DNA of 64,000 nt from Methanothrix sp. (lineage in GTDB: Archaea; Halobacteriota; Methanosarcinia; Methanotrichales; Methanotrichaceae): assembly GCA_037128175.1 (NCBI GenBank), contig JBAXWY010000004.1, forward strand, positions 32,001-96,000, written 5' to 3'. The notes under the pieces are model-generated. The model saw only the letters and a list, made by a program, of their open reading frames with translations, did no database searches and was not told the DNA's origin. A program made the translations under genes and the position numbers. Below, one piece after another: positions 46,124 through 56,409 of this stretch (position 1 is the stretch's first letter; every line of letters begins with the position of its first letter).

Positions 46124-48262
46124 ATGACAAAACCAGAAGATAACTCATTGTCTGCTGATAGGGCGTTAGTAGACCCTGATAAAGATCAATTGGGCTATTC
46201 ATCATTTGCAGAACATATATCTAAAATAATTAGCAGTATGGAGCCCTATGACGGATTCGTCATTGCTATCTATGGACCTTGGGGGTCGGGGAAAACTACT
46301 TTGCTAAATTTTGTAAATCACTATCTAAGTCATGCTAATGAAAATGAACCGCCAGTTGTAGTGAGTTTTAATCCGTGGTGGTTTTCTGGCCACGAAGATT
46401 TAACGATACGTTTCTTCTATCAGCTGCAGGCTATCTTGAGCAAGGGAAAGTTCTCAATGAATGATTTAACAAAACAAATGGCAGATTTTGCAGACATTGT
46501 TTCAGATATCCCTATACCATATGCTTCAACCGGAAAAGTAGTATCAAAAATAATTCGCGCAAGGCAAAAAGATATAAATGAATTAAAAAATAATATTTCT
46601 AGATCATTGAAAAAGCAAAACAAGAAGATACTTGTTACAATCGACGACATCGACAGATTGACTCCAGAAGAAATTAGGCAAATATTCAGAGTCGTAAAGG
46701 CAATCGCAGATTTTCCTAATATAATCTATTTAATGGCTTTTGATAAAAGGATAGCCATTAAGGCTTTATCCGAACAAAATGGTTTATCTGGTGAAGAATA
46801 CCTTGAAAAAATCGTTCAACTACCTTTAGAATTACCCCCGCCAGACGAAGCATCTTTCCGATCGATGTTTTTTGGAAAATTAAATAAAATTTTAGGGGAT
46901 ATTCCCGAAGAAGAATTTGATAAAAAATATTGGGAAGAGATTTATTGGAGGGGGTTAGATCGCCTTATCTTCACCCCTCGAGACATAGTTCGTCTCACGA
47001 ATACTCTGAGCATCACTTATCCACTTGTCAAAGGCGAAGTAAATCCGGTAGATTTTATTGCTCTAGAATCAATTAAGATTTTTTGTCCAATAGTTTATAA
47101 TTCTATATCAAACGAGTCTCGAATGTTCATAGGAGTAATTGATGAATATGGATTTAGAGGAGCTCCAAGTCTGGAAGATCACAAGAGCTTTCTTAATTTA
47201 TTATTCGAAAAAGTAGACGACAGAATCAAAGAACCGATTAAGCGTCTTTTAAACCTAATGTTCCCAAAACTGCGAAAAATTTATAGTGATAATAAGAATT
47301 TTTTCGCAGATCAATCCGTGTGCAGAAAGCAACTTCGTATATGCAGCCCAGACATATTTCCAATATATTTCCGATTAGCAATTCCAAAAGGAAGCATATC
47401 AACAATGGAAATAGGTTCAATACTTGCTTTCGCGAGAGATTCGAGGTTATTTGGTTTGAAGCTTTCAGAATTAACTACTATAAAAAGGCCAGATGGTACA
47501 ACTATGGCCAAAGCATTTATTGATCGCCTTAACGACTATACAGATGAGAAAATATTGCTCGAAGAAATACCTACCATAACCAGAGCGCTATTCGAAATGG
47601 GCGATAAATTGCTCGTTCCAGAAGATGAACCACAGGTCGGATTAGAATTATCTTCCGATGCTAAGTTAAGATTTTTGATACGAGATCTCTTATCACGTTT
47701 GGATAAAAAAACAAGATCCGACTTATTAAAGCAAGCCATCACTGAGGGTCATGCTCTTACAATTATCGTTGAATTTGTCGCAATGCTTGATCATGAACAT
47801 GGCAGATTCGATGGAAGTAGTATACTCTCAGAAGAGACTAGAATTGTCGGAGAAGATTGTCTAGACGAATTTGAAGGTATTGCTGTTGAAAAAGTGAATG
47901 AAGCAATTAAAAATGGCAACCTATTAAATGCTAAAAATTTGCCGTCTATCTTGTATTACTGGCATAATTGGCGAAAAGAACAAGTAGTAGGTTGGATTCA
48001 GCAAATCGCAACAGATGACAATAATTTAGTTACATTTTTAGAGAAATTTGTCGCGAAGAGCTATACAAATCTTGGAATCAAATACTTCCTCGATCCAGAT
48101 TCGATAAAGCCATTTATCGATCCCGCCCAAATCATTGATCGAATTCGGACAATTTCGGAAAAAGAAGATCTGAATGAAGGTCAAAGAGCTGCAATTAATT
48201 ATTTCATTCATGGATATGAATTAAAACAGCAGGGCAAAAGCCCAAGCTGGTTCGCAGAATGA
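46124..48262 (+). CDS. KAP-family P-loop NTPase; defence candidate
   Basis: DQLG, IYGPWGSGKTT, FNPWWF, VTIDDIDRL, YLEKIVQ, TPRDIVR; AT-rich. Confidence 0.9.
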   Translation: MTKPEDNSLSADRALVDPDKDQLGYSSFAEHISKIISSMEPYDGFVIAIYGPWGSGKTTLLNFVNHYLSHANENEPPVVVSFNPWWFSGHEDLTIRFFYQLQAILSKGKFSMNDLTKQMADFADIVSDIPIPYASTGKVVSKIIRARQKDINELKNNISRSLKKQNKKILVTIDDIDRLTPEEIRQIFRVVKAIADFPNIIYLMAFDKRIAIKALSEQNGLSGEEYLEKIVQLPLELPPPDEASFRSMFFGKLNKILGDIPEEEFDKKYWEEIYWRGLDRLIFTPRDIVRLTNTLSITYPLVKGEVNPVDFIALESIKIFCPIVYNSISNESRMFIGVIDEYGFRGAPSLEDHKSFLNLLFEKVDDRIKEPIKRLLNLMFPKLRKIYSDNKNFFADQSVCRKQLRICSPDIFPIYFRLAIPKGSISTMEIGSILAFARDSRLFGLKLSELTTIKRPDGTTMAKAFIDRLNDYTDEKILLEEIPTITRALFEMGDKLLVPEDEPQVGLELSSDAKLRFLIRDLLSRLDKKTRSDLLKQAITEGHALTIIVEFVAMLDHEHGRFDGSSILSEETRIVGEDCLDEFEGIAVEKVNEAIKNGNLLNAKNLPSILYYWHNWRKEQVVGWIQQIATDDNNLVTFLEKFVAKSYTNLGIKYFLDPDSIKPFIDPAQIIDRIRTISEKEDLNEGQRAAINYFIHGYELKQQGKSPSWFAE

Positions 48263-48280
48263 TTTAGAAACGGAATGAAG

Positions 48281-49891
48281 TCAAGGGCCGGACCTACTTT
48301 TCCCCTTCATCGCTTCCACAAAAGCCAGGAACGGCGGCGACGGCTTGCCCGGTCTGGACTTCATCTCCGGGTGGAACTGCGAAGCAAAGAAGAAGGGATG
48401 CTCGGCGATCTCGCAGATCTCCATCAAATCCCCGTTGGTGCCCGAGAAGATCATGCCCTTCTCCTCAATCTGGGCGATGTAAGCGGGATTAACCTCGTAG
48501 CGGTGCCGGTGCCTCTCCACGATCTCGTCTGTTCCGTAAATCCTGTGCGCCAGGCTGCCCGCTTTCAAATGGGCGGGATAGTTGCCTAACCTCATCGTCG
48601 CGCCCATGTGCCTGATCTTCTCCTGCTCCGGGAGAAGGGCAATCACTGGATTGGGCGTGGCCCCAAACTCCGTGCTGCTAGCGCCCTGCAGGCCGCAGAC
48701 GTTGCGGGCGTACTCGATTACAGCGAGCTGCATTCCGAAGCATATCCCCAGGTAGGGAACCTTCATCTCCCGGGCGTACTGCACGGCCTTCATCTTGCCC
48801 TCTGTCCCGCGGAACCCAAAGCCGCCCGGAACCAGTATGCCGTCCGCGTCTCTCAGGATGATATCCGCCGAGCCGTGCTCCAGCTCCTCGGCATCGATCC
48901 ACTGCACATCAATCTTCACCCCGGCCTCAATGCCGGCGTGCTTGAGGGACTCCCGAATGGAAAGGTAAGCATCCTCCATGGGGTCAGCACACTGCGAGCC
49001 CACGGTGTACTTGCCCACGATGGCCACCTTGACGATGCCCTCGGCTGCGTCCATCTTCTGCACGAACTCGTCCCAGTCTTTCCGCTCTTCCAGGGGGAAG
49101 AGCCGCATGGCCTTCATCAGATACCTGGCCAGGCCCTCCGCCTCCATCTGCAAGGGAACGCGGTAAATGTCGTCGGAATTGTGGGCGCTGATTACGGCCT
49201 CCATAGGCACATCGCAGAAGTGGGCGATCTTGTGCTTGGTCTCCTCCAGGAGGGGGCGCTCGCATCTTACTACGATCATGTCCGGCTGCAAACCCAGCTG
49301 GCGCATCTCTTTCACGCTGTGCTGAGTGGGCTTGGTCTTCTGCTCGCCATCCATGGTGGAAGGGGCGAGGGTGACATGCACAAAGAAGATGTTGCCCGTC
49401 TCTTCATACTTGAGCTGGCGCATGGCCTCCAGGAAGGGCATGGACTCGATGTCGCCCACCGTCCCACCCACCTCGATCAGACATATCTCGCAGCCTCCGT
49501 CCCGGGAAACCTGGCGAATGCGTCTCTTGATCTCTTCGGTGATGTGGGGGATGATCTGCACCGTCTTGCCCAGATACTCGCCTCTGCGCTCTTTTTCGAT
49601 GACAGTGCTGTAAACCTTGCCGGTGGTGATGTTGTGGTCGCGGGTCAGTTCCACATCTAAAAAGCGTTCGTAGTTGCCCAGATCAAGGTCCACCTCGCCC
49701 CCATCCTTGAGGACATAAACCTCTCCATGCTGGAATGGGCTCATGAGTCCGGCATCGATGTTGATGTAAGGATCAATTTTAATGGCTGTAACCTTATAGC
49801 CCCTGTTCATGAGCAGCCTGCCGATGGACGCCGCAGTAATGCCCTTGCCAAGGCCGCTCATAACCCCGCCTGTGACCACGATATATCTCAT
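48281..49891 (-). CDS. pyrG: CTP synthase
   Basis: [45 protein letters not shown]. Confidence 0.97.
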   Translation of the reverse strand: MRYIVVTGGVMSGLGKGITAASIGRLLMNRGYKVTAIKIDPYINIDAGLMSPFQHGEVYVLKDGGEVDLDLGNYERFLDVELTRDHNITTGKVYSTVIEKERRGEYLGKTVQIIPHITEEIKRRIRQVSRDGGCEICLIEVGGTVGDIESMPFLEAMRQLKYEETGNIFFVHVTLAPSTMDGEQKTKPTQHSVKEMRQLGLQPDMIVVRCERPLLEETKHKIAHFCDVPMEAVISAHNSDDIYRVPLQMEAEGLARYLMKAMRLFPLEERKDWDEFVQKMDAAEGIVKVAIVGKYTVGSQCADPMEDAYLSIRESLKHAGIEAGVKIDVQWIDAEELEHGSADIILRDADGILVPGGFGFRGTEGKMKAVQYAREMKVPYLGICFGMQLAVIEYARNVCGLQGASSTEFGATPNPVIALLPEQEKIRHMGATMRLGNYPAHLKAGSLAHRIYGTDEIVERHRHRYEVNPAYIAQIEEKGMIFSGTNGDLMEICEIAEHPFFFASQFHPEMKSRPGKPSPPFLAFVEAMKGKSRSGP

Positions 49892-49901
49892 AAATTACAT
49901 C

Positions 49902-51092
49902 TCACGCCTTGAGGAGCGTAGCCGCTCCGTATATGATAAGGGTGACGATCAGGATGGACGAAGCCAAAGCGCCGGGAAACTCAGGAATGCTTTCTGTGAT
50001 GAACGTCAAAACCAAAACGATAACCAGCGCCAGGAATAGGGCAGCAGGGATGATTTTTAATGCGCCCATGCCGCCAAAAGCGCCCAACCGCTCCAGATAG
50101 ATGGACTCTGGTCCTTCATCCTGCTCGACATAGACCTCCGGCTCTTCAGGGGCCCTTTCCTCGGATCTTTGCTCCCTCTCGGCTGCTGAAGCAGAAGTTG
50201 GGATCTCCTCCCGGTTCTCGCTGTCTGTGTCCCGGAAGCCCTGGTAGCGGTCCTCCTCATAGCCGGAGTTGAACCTTTGCTTCTCTTCTGTCCTCTCTTC
50301 CTTCCACTCTTCCCTCTTCTCTTCCTGGATCCCCAGAGGTACCTTTCTGGGGACGAAACGCGGGCCCTCGTCCTGCCTATTGCTGGGGTCTACAAAACGA
50401 TCATCAATACGGCTTCCTGCCGGCTTTTGGCCGCGCTTCTCCTTGCTTCGTTCTATTCCGCCGGCTCTTTGCTGACGGGTGGCGGATCGGTATCTTTGCA
50501 GATCTTTATCGCGAGAGAATGCTATGCGCCGTGGCTCTTTCTCCGTCTCTTCGTCCCCGTCTTCATCATCATCCTCGTCATCGGACCGCTTCACTCGCCG
50601 AATTCCCAGAGATTCTTCTTCATCCTCGTCCTCATCTTCGGTTTCTTCTCTGTCCCCTCCGTCTCTTTTCCGGGCAAGATCAGCATCTTCGTCTTCTTCA
50701 TCCACTTCGTCGTCTTTCAATTCCTCGTCCCCCTGCAGGCCGGGGTCTTCCAGATCGTCGCCCGGATCTTCTGAATCGCGTAAAAGAGTGATGGGCACCC
50801 GGCTTTCTCCACCGCGGCCACAAAGAAGAATCTCGCCATCCAAACGCTTCTTGTTGGCAGGCATCCTGGCCAGAATGGGAATGATCTCCTCTTGGACTAC
50901 ATATTGATCCGGCTTCTTCAAATGCACCGCCTTTAAGACAGGACTGCTGGCCTGCAGAGAAATATTAGATGGCTCCCCGTGATTGACGACCTTGAGATTG
51001 AATATGGTCTCCTCACCAGGAAGAAGACGAAGAACTATGGGCTTGGCCGCACCACCGCCATTGTTGATGTGAACAACATGATCCAATGCCAA
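49902..51092 (-). CDS. Hypothetical protein: Ig-like N-terminus, long acidic low-complexity linker, two C-terminal TM helices
   Basis: D/E-rich tract; hydrophobic C-terminus; co-oriented and adjacent to pyrG. Confidence 0.65.
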   Translation of the reverse strand: MALDHVVHINNGGGAAKPIVLRLLPGEETIFNLKVVNHGEPSNISLQASSPVLKAVHLKKPDQYVVQEEIIPILARMPANKKRLDGEILLCGRGGESRVPITLLRDSEDPGDDLEDPGLQGDEELKDDEVDEEDEDADLARKRDGGDREETEDEDEDEEESLGIRRVKRSDDEDDDEDGDEETEKEPRRIAFSRDKDLQRYRSATRQQRAGGIERSKEKRGQKPAGSRIDDRFVDPSNRQDEGPRFVPRKVPLGIQEEKREEWKEERTEEKQRFNSGYEEDRYQGFRDTDSENREEIPTSASAAEREQRSEERAPEEPEVYVEQDEGPESIYLERLGAFGGMGALKIIPAALFLALVIVLVLTFITESIPEFPGALASSILIVTLIIYGAATLLKA

Positions 51093-51190
51093 AATTCCCC
51101 CTCACTACATATCCCATAATATTGTATAAATATTTTGCTAGTGAATACCTTGCCCTTGCCTGGCCTCTTGCCCGGCCGGTCAAAGTTGGA

Positions 51191-51373
51191 CTAATCCCTC
51201 AGATCGGGCGGCAGCATATTGGGTATGCCGTCTTCAATAGGATAGCATTCCCGGCAGGCCTGACAGCAAAGCTTGCCCGTCACAATCTCTTTCTCGTTCT
51301 CCTCGAATACCTCAAGTGTCAAGTTGCCTTTGCAGAGCGGACAGGCTAAAATGTCAAGCAGATCGTGTTTCAT
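51191..51373 (-). CDS. trm112: Trm112 family methyltransferase activator
   Basis: LLDILACPLCKG...C..C...YPIEDGIPNML. Confidence 0.9.
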   Translation of the reverse strand: MKHDLLDILACPLCKGNLTLEVFEENEKEIVTGKLCCQACRECYPIEDGIPNMLPPDLRD

Positions 51374-51418
51374 GGATCAGAACATCTATTCTAAAGAAGT
51401 ATAAACCTTTGGCCCACT

Positions 51419-52285
51419 TTACGAGTCCAAGTCGTCTTTGTGCCTTTGTGCCTTTGTGGTGAGCGTGGTAGTAAGCTCTAAGTCCACATCCAGAAGCTTG
51501 GCCGCATTCTTGCCAAGGATTGCCTGCTCTTCCTCTTCACAAAGACCCAGGCCCTTGATAATCTCCACTGCCCTTCCCGGCTCCTCCCAGGGGTAATCGC
51601 TGCCGAAGATGACCCTCTCCTGCCCGATTTCACTTATCAGCTCTCTCATCTCTTCCCATCCCATGTAAAAGGAGACGTAAGCCGTATCAAAATAGACATT
51701 TTCGCCGGCTGGCAAAAGGTACCGTCTCACATCATCCCACATGCGCAGACCTCCCAGGTGGGCCAGCACAAATCGCAGCTCTGGATAGCATTCCACAGTT
51801 CTGCTAAACCGATCCGGCGTGCCAAAGACCTCCTGCCGGTCGAGTGGATCGCGGCCCGCGTGAGCCACCAGGATCATCTTCCTCTCGATCAATGCCTCGT
51901 AAAAGTTGCCGCAGCAAGGATCGTCAGGATAGACCTCCTGCAAGAGCGGCATCATCTTGACTCCCTTGATGCCCTGTGAGGCCAAGCGGTCCAGCTCAGT
52001 CTCCAGGTTTGGCATGAAGGGATGAACGGCCCCGAAGGCTGTCAGCTCCTCGCTCTTTCCCCCGGAGACAGAAAGGATCCAGTCGTTGAGGCTGGAGACA
52101 TCCTCTCTGCCTTTGGCCAGGGGCAGGAGCACCGATCCGGTAATTCCGGCAGCCTGCATCATGCGGAGCAGATCCTGAGGGGCGCCGCTGCCCGGCACTG
52201 CCACCTTCAGCTTTCTTTTCGCCGCAGGCAGGATCTTGGCCGCCACCCATTCCGGGTAGATGTGAGTATGAAAATCGATGATCAA
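51419..52285 (-). CDS. Amidohydrolase-2 family protein
   Basis: IIDFHTH, AHAG, LAHLGG, FDTA, FGSDYPW. Confidence 0.88.
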   Translation of the reverse strand: MIIDFHTHIYPEWVAAKILPAAKRKLKVAVPGSGAPQDLLRMMQAAGITGSVLLPLAKGREDVSSLNDWILSVSGGKSEELTAFGAVHPFMPNLETELDRLASQGIKGVKMMPLLQEVYPDDPCCGNFYEALIERKMILVAHAGRDPLDRQEVFGTPDRFSRTVECYPELRFVLAHLGGLRMWDDVRRYLLPAGENVYFDTAYVSFYMGWEEMRELISEIGQERVIFGSDYPWEEPGRAVEIIKGLGLCEEEEQAILGKNAAKLLDVDLELTTTLTTKAQRHKDDLDS

Positions 52286-52287
52286 AC

Positions 52288-53424
52288 TCAGATTATCCCC
52301 ATCTCAGTAAGCCTTTCCGGCAAGTAGGTCTTGGTCACATAATCCAGGCCCTTGCCGGCAAAAGCCTGCTGCTCTGCCTTTTTCTTGAGATCGATCTGCA
52401 GCTTAATCTGCTTTTCCCAGTAGGGCGTGGCAAACCGGGGGTCGGTCAGCTCGCTTCGCAGTGCCTGCATGTCCTTATCGGTCAGCTTGTCTGTGGAGAG
52501 GTTGTAGTCCACGATATCGCTGGGCTGCACCCCCAGGAAGCGCGCCCCGGGAGTGACCAGGTGCTCGGAGAGGTGAGCGCTCTTGATGGCCCCATAGGCG
52601 ATGCTGGCAAAGATGCGATAGGACCAGGGATCGCCATCCGTGAAGACCACAACTGGGATGTTCAGTTCCGTATTCAGCCTCTTTATGATGCGGCGCGTGG
52701 ACCTGGCCGGCTGTCCTTTGATATGCACCAGGATGGCATTGTACTCCTCATCAAAGCCGTTCTCGATCAGCCGGGCGTACATTCCGCCCGTCTCAATGGC
52801 CATGACCATTTTTGCATCGTGGCTCAAAAATTCGATGTTATCCACATTGAAGGGTATCTGGTAGCCGGCCTCGCCCACATCCTCCTGGCAGTGCATCTCC
52901 CTCTCCCCCCGCCGGGTTTGCTCCTTGAGGCGCAGCGGCCCGAAGACGGCCGCACCATCTTCCTCCGGCCGAACGTGAAAGTCCTCCCGGTGCAAAGAAG
53001 TTACGATCTCCAGATCCTCGATAAGCCGGTCACTTTCCGCCTGCTCATGGAATTTGGCGATATCCCAGTTCTCGGAAATGTAATAGATCTCTCTCAAAGT
53101 CGAGCCGCGATTGTTCTTGAGATGCTCTTTGATGAGAAGCTCAGCCAGATGAACCGTCTTGAGCAGCGTCTTGGCTCCCCGCACGGTCTTGACGCTGCGT
53201 GTCGTCTCCTGGTCACCATAAACCCAGACATCGTCCTTAGTGGAAAACTCGATGTTTCCTTTGGTTCGGGAGGGCAGAGAGATATGGGGCACGATGCCCT
53301 GCTGGAACTGGTTGTAAAGAGTATCGGCGAGGAGAAGCAGATTCTCCTGGGCGATTTTTGATTTTTCTGCTTTTTTAATATTTAGCTTCCTTTCAAATTC
53401 ATTTTTCTCGTCGGATTTTTCCAT
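52288..53424 (-). CDS. top6A: DNA topoisomerase VI subunit A
   Basis: [27 protein letters not shown]. Confidence 0.95.
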   Translation of the reverse strand: MEKSDEKNEFERKLNIKKAEKSKIAQENLLLLADTLYNQFQQGIVPHISLPSRTKGNIEFSTKDDVWVYGDQETTRSVKTVRGAKTLLKTVHLAELLIKEHLKNNRGSTLREIYYISENWDIAKFHEQAESDRLIEDLEIVTSLHREDFHVRPEEDGAAVFGPLRLKEQTRRGEREMHCQEDVGEAGYQIPFNVDNIEFLSHDAKMVMAIETGGMYARLIENGFDEEYNAILVHIKGQPARSTRRIIKRLNTELNIPVVVFTDGDPWSYRIFASIAYGAIKSAHLSEHLVTPGARFLGVQPSDIVDYNLSTDKLTDKDMQALRSELTDPRFATPYWEKQIKLQIDLKKKAEQQAFAGKGLDYVTKTYLPERLTEMGII

Positions 53425-53427
53425 TGG

Positions 53428-55263
53428 CTAGATCACCCTGGCCCCTGTGACAATTTCCGCTTCCAGGCCCTCAATCACCGGCTCTTTTAAGGCTACGCCT
53501 TCCGCGGTGATGTTGTAGCTGAGGGTGGTGCTCTGGCCCGGAGGAATTGCGAGCTTCCAGTGATAGTCGTAGCCGTCTCCCATGGGAATGACTTTGGCAG
53601 CAGGCGAGACAGAGTCGGCCTGCACAGCCAGCACCTCATGCAGCTTAAAGGAGCGTAACTGTTCGCTGTGATTTTCTACCTGGATTTTGACGAATAGCTG
53701 TCCGTTATTTCTCTCCACTTTCCGGAAGACGAGTAGATTGCCCATGATCTTGGCTACCACCGGCCCGATATCCGGCAGCTCTTTTTCCAGGACATCGGAG
53801 AGCTTCTGGGCGATGCGCGGCAGGATCTTTCTTATGATCTCCTCCTTCTCCCGCCTCTCTGAAAGGACGCTCTGACGGCTCAGGTAGCGGCGCAGCTTTC
53901 TGGCTACCTCTTTCAGCCCCAGATCGATCTCTGTCAAAATCTCCGGCATATCGGCCACGGCATCTTTGCTCTCCGAAGTGAAGGGAATGTTGGTGGAGGC
54001 GATATGCACCAGCAGCACCGCCGGGCCGACCGGCACGCCGCTTCCCGTAGGCTGGCCCAGGGAATAATTCTTCCAGGATACGTTCTCCACAGCATGAGTT
54101 ACGGCGCAGGCACCCTGCTGGTAGACGAGTGGAACGCGATTGGCAAAGCGCAAAAGTTCAATGCGGCTCTCCTTCTCCAGCTCTCCTCCGTATCCCAGTC
54201 CCACCTCAACTAGGAAGGGATTGCCCGAATAGACGGATACGGGCCGAACCGTGGTGGCGATATAGTCCAGCCGAAACTCCTTTTCCAAACCGGCCTTGAT
54301 CAGCTCCTCGCCAATGGGAGACAGACAGTCCACGGGAGGCGACTTGACCTTGATCTGTTTGAAGGCAGTGTGCAGGCGAGATGCGGCATCATGGTCTAGG
54401 TCGGTAGGGGCCACTTCCGGATCCAGGCCCGCCCGGCTGCATAGCTCCTGAGCAGAGATGGTGCCGATGGAAGAGAAGGTCTCTTTTAAAAAGACGCGCA
54501 GCTTCTTTTTATCGGTGTAGCGGAGGAGCTTGATCAGCTCGCCAAGCTCTATTCCGTCCGGATGAGGGGAAATGGCATAGGCTTTTTTGGGCAGACTCTC
54601 CGTGGCTCTCTCGAAGACCTCCACGTTGCCCTCCGGCTCCACTAAGGTCAGGCGCGCATGGGGATTGACAATGGCTGTGCTCTTCAGCGAGCCATAGACC
54701 GACTGGCGCCGCCCCCTCACATAGGTGCCCTCCATCTCCAGCTCCACGCGCGTGCCCCTGGGGCGTTCCCAGTCCATATCCTCAGATTTAAGAATCTCGG
54801 GCTCGTTTTTGGCTGTATTTATGAGCAGCTCGCAGTAACGGGCAGGTCTGTCCGGAGCGATCTTGGAGATGACCTTGGTGGGTCTGCCGCTGGTGAGCTG
54901 GGAATAAAGCACCGCCGCGGATATGCCTATGCCCTGCTGGCCGCGGCTTTGGCGTAGCGTATGAAAACGCGATCCATAGAGCAGTTTGGCAAAGACGCGG
55001 GGGATCTCCTCTTGCACAATGCCCGGCCCGTTGTCCTCAACAATAACCTGATAGTATTCGCCGTTCTTCTTTATCTGCACAAAAATATCCGGCAGTATCC
55101 CGGCATCTTCGCAGGCATCCAGGGAATTGTCCACAGCCTCCTTCACGCAGGTGATGAGCGCTCGCGGAGCGGAGTCGAATCCCAGGATCTGACGATTCTT
55201 CTCAAAAAATTCAGCTACGGATATGGCCTTTTGCTGCTTGGCCAGCTCCTCGGCAATTTCCAT
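53428..55263 (-). CDS. top6B: DNA topoisomerase VI subunit B
   Basis: [45 protein letters not shown]. Confidence 0.95.
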   Translation of the reverse strand: MEIAEELAKQQKAISVAEFFEKNRQILGFDSAPRALITCVKEAVDNSLDACEDAGILPDIFVQIKKNGEYYQVIVEDNGPGIVQEEIPRVFAKLLYGSRFHTLRQSRGQQGIGISAAVLYSQLTSGRPTKVISKIAPDRPARYCELLINTAKNEPEILKSEDMDWERPRGTRVELEMEGTYVRGRRQSVYGSLKSTAIVNPHARLTLVEPEGNVEVFERATESLPKKAYAISPHPDGIELGELIKLLRYTDKKKLRVFLKETFSSIGTISAQELCSRAGLDPEVAPTDLDHDAASRLHTAFKQIKVKSPPVDCLSPIGEELIKAGLEKEFRLDYIATTVRPVSVYSGNPFLVEVGLGYGGELEKESRIELLRFANRVPLVYQQGACAVTHAVENVSWKNYSLGQPTGSGVPVGPAVLLVHIASTNIPFTSESKDAVADMPEILTEIDLGLKEVARKLRRYLSRQSVLSERREKEEIIRKILPRIAQKLSDVLEKELPDIGPVVAKIMGNLLVFRKVERNNGQLFVKIQVENHSEQLRSFKLHEVLAVQADSVSPAAKVIPMGDGYDYHWKLAIPPGQSTTLSYNITAEGVALKEPVIEGLEAEIVTGARVI

Positions 55264-55280
55264 AAAAAGGGGAAAAAGGG

Positions 55281-55511
55281 CTAAAGTTCAGCCCCGACTA
55301 CGGTTTGGGTGGCGGTTACGTTATCAATCTCACGGATGACGTCCACGAGCTTATTCAACATACTCAGGCCCTCGACCTCGATGATGACTACGAAGTCGAA
55401 CTCGCCGAAGACATGGTAGACATCTTTAATGCCATCTATCTCTTGCAAGGCATTGTAGACGGTCTTTTCCTGTCCCGGCACCACCTTTACCATCGTTACT
55501 CCAATTACCAT
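55281..55511 (-). CDS. Lrp/AsnC ligand-binding domain protein
   Basis: [12 protein letters not shown] and [10 protein letters not shown]. Confidence 0.88.
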   Translation of the reverse strand: MVIGVTMVKVVPGQEKTVYNALQEIDGIKDVYHVFGEFDFVVIIEVEGLSMLNKLVDVIREIDNVTATQTVVGAEL

Positions 55512-55558
55512 ATTGATTCACCCATGTCATACAGCTTCAGTACATTATATAAAACTTT

Positions 55559-56407
55559 TCAGCTCTTCTTGCCGAAATTAATGGTCTCGACTTCGTCCTC
55601 GTTCTCCGCTTCCGGCCAGGTATTGTTGGGCTCGCTCTTCTTGGGCTTGCTTTTTCGGGAAGAGGGCACATCTTCCGGCTCTGCCGGCGTAGCGGCGGGC
55701 TTCTTCTCGCTCTCGATAGTCGCACTCTTCGCCGTTTTTGTCTCCGGAAGTGTGTCGCTCTTGGCCAAATCCGCCTTCAAGGAGGAGAGCGCGCGAAGGA
55801 CCATCTGCCGGAAGTGCTCTATGTCGGTGTGGTAATGCTGCAAAGCTCTATCGTTGTCCTGTTCTGGAGTGGACGAGGAAGAGGAAGCCGGCACATTGTC
55901 TGCAGTGGCGAAATCGCTGGATACTGGGATTGGCCTGGCATTCTTCAGTGCCTCCAGCCTCTCTAAGGTCCGGCGGGCGGTGTCTATTATCCACTGGTTT
56001 CTCGTATTCTCGTCTACTCGCTGAATGGATTCAGCACGCAGAGATATGATGATGTTTCCGTCATCGGTCTGGTAGAGATTGGGCTTGCCCACCACGGCGA
56101 CATATGAGGGCGCCTCCATGCAGGCGAGTATTTGAGCGGCCTCAGGCTGGTACTGACCGGCATAGATCAGTATGCTGCCCGTAGGATCTACCACTCTTCC
56201 CCTCCAGTACTCCGTGTCGCTGCCTATGTCATCCTTCTCTGTGAGGGTGCCGACCACGAAAACGCGATTACATTTAGCACCCGTAGGGGTGAGAAGATAC
56301 GAAGGTGCATATTGGTGCTGATCCTCGCCGTCGCGGAAGGAGTAGTTAGAACTCTTTAGCTCCTCGGCGAAGATCCTTTTAGCCACTTCTCGTGAAAATC
56401 CTGCCAT
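55559..56407 (-). CDS. RPA-associated OB-fold protein
   Basis: REVAKRIFAEE, PSYLLTPTGAKCNRVFVVGTLTE, DPTG, YAGQYQPEA. Confidence 0.85.
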   Translation of the reverse strand: MAGFSREVAKRIFAEELKSSNYSFRDGEDQHQYAPSYLLTPTGAKCNRVFVVGTLTEKDDIGSDTEYWRGRVVDPTGSILIYAGQYQPEAAQILACMEAPSYVAVVGKPNLYQTDDGNIIISLRAESIQRVDENTRNQWIIDTARRTLERLEALKNARPIPVSSDFATADNVPASSSSSTPEQDNDRALQHYHTDIEHFRQMVLRALSSLKADLAKSDTLPETKTAKSATIESEKKPAATPAEPEDVPSSRKSKPKKSEPNNTWPEAENEDEVETINFGKKS

Positions 56408-56409
56408 TT

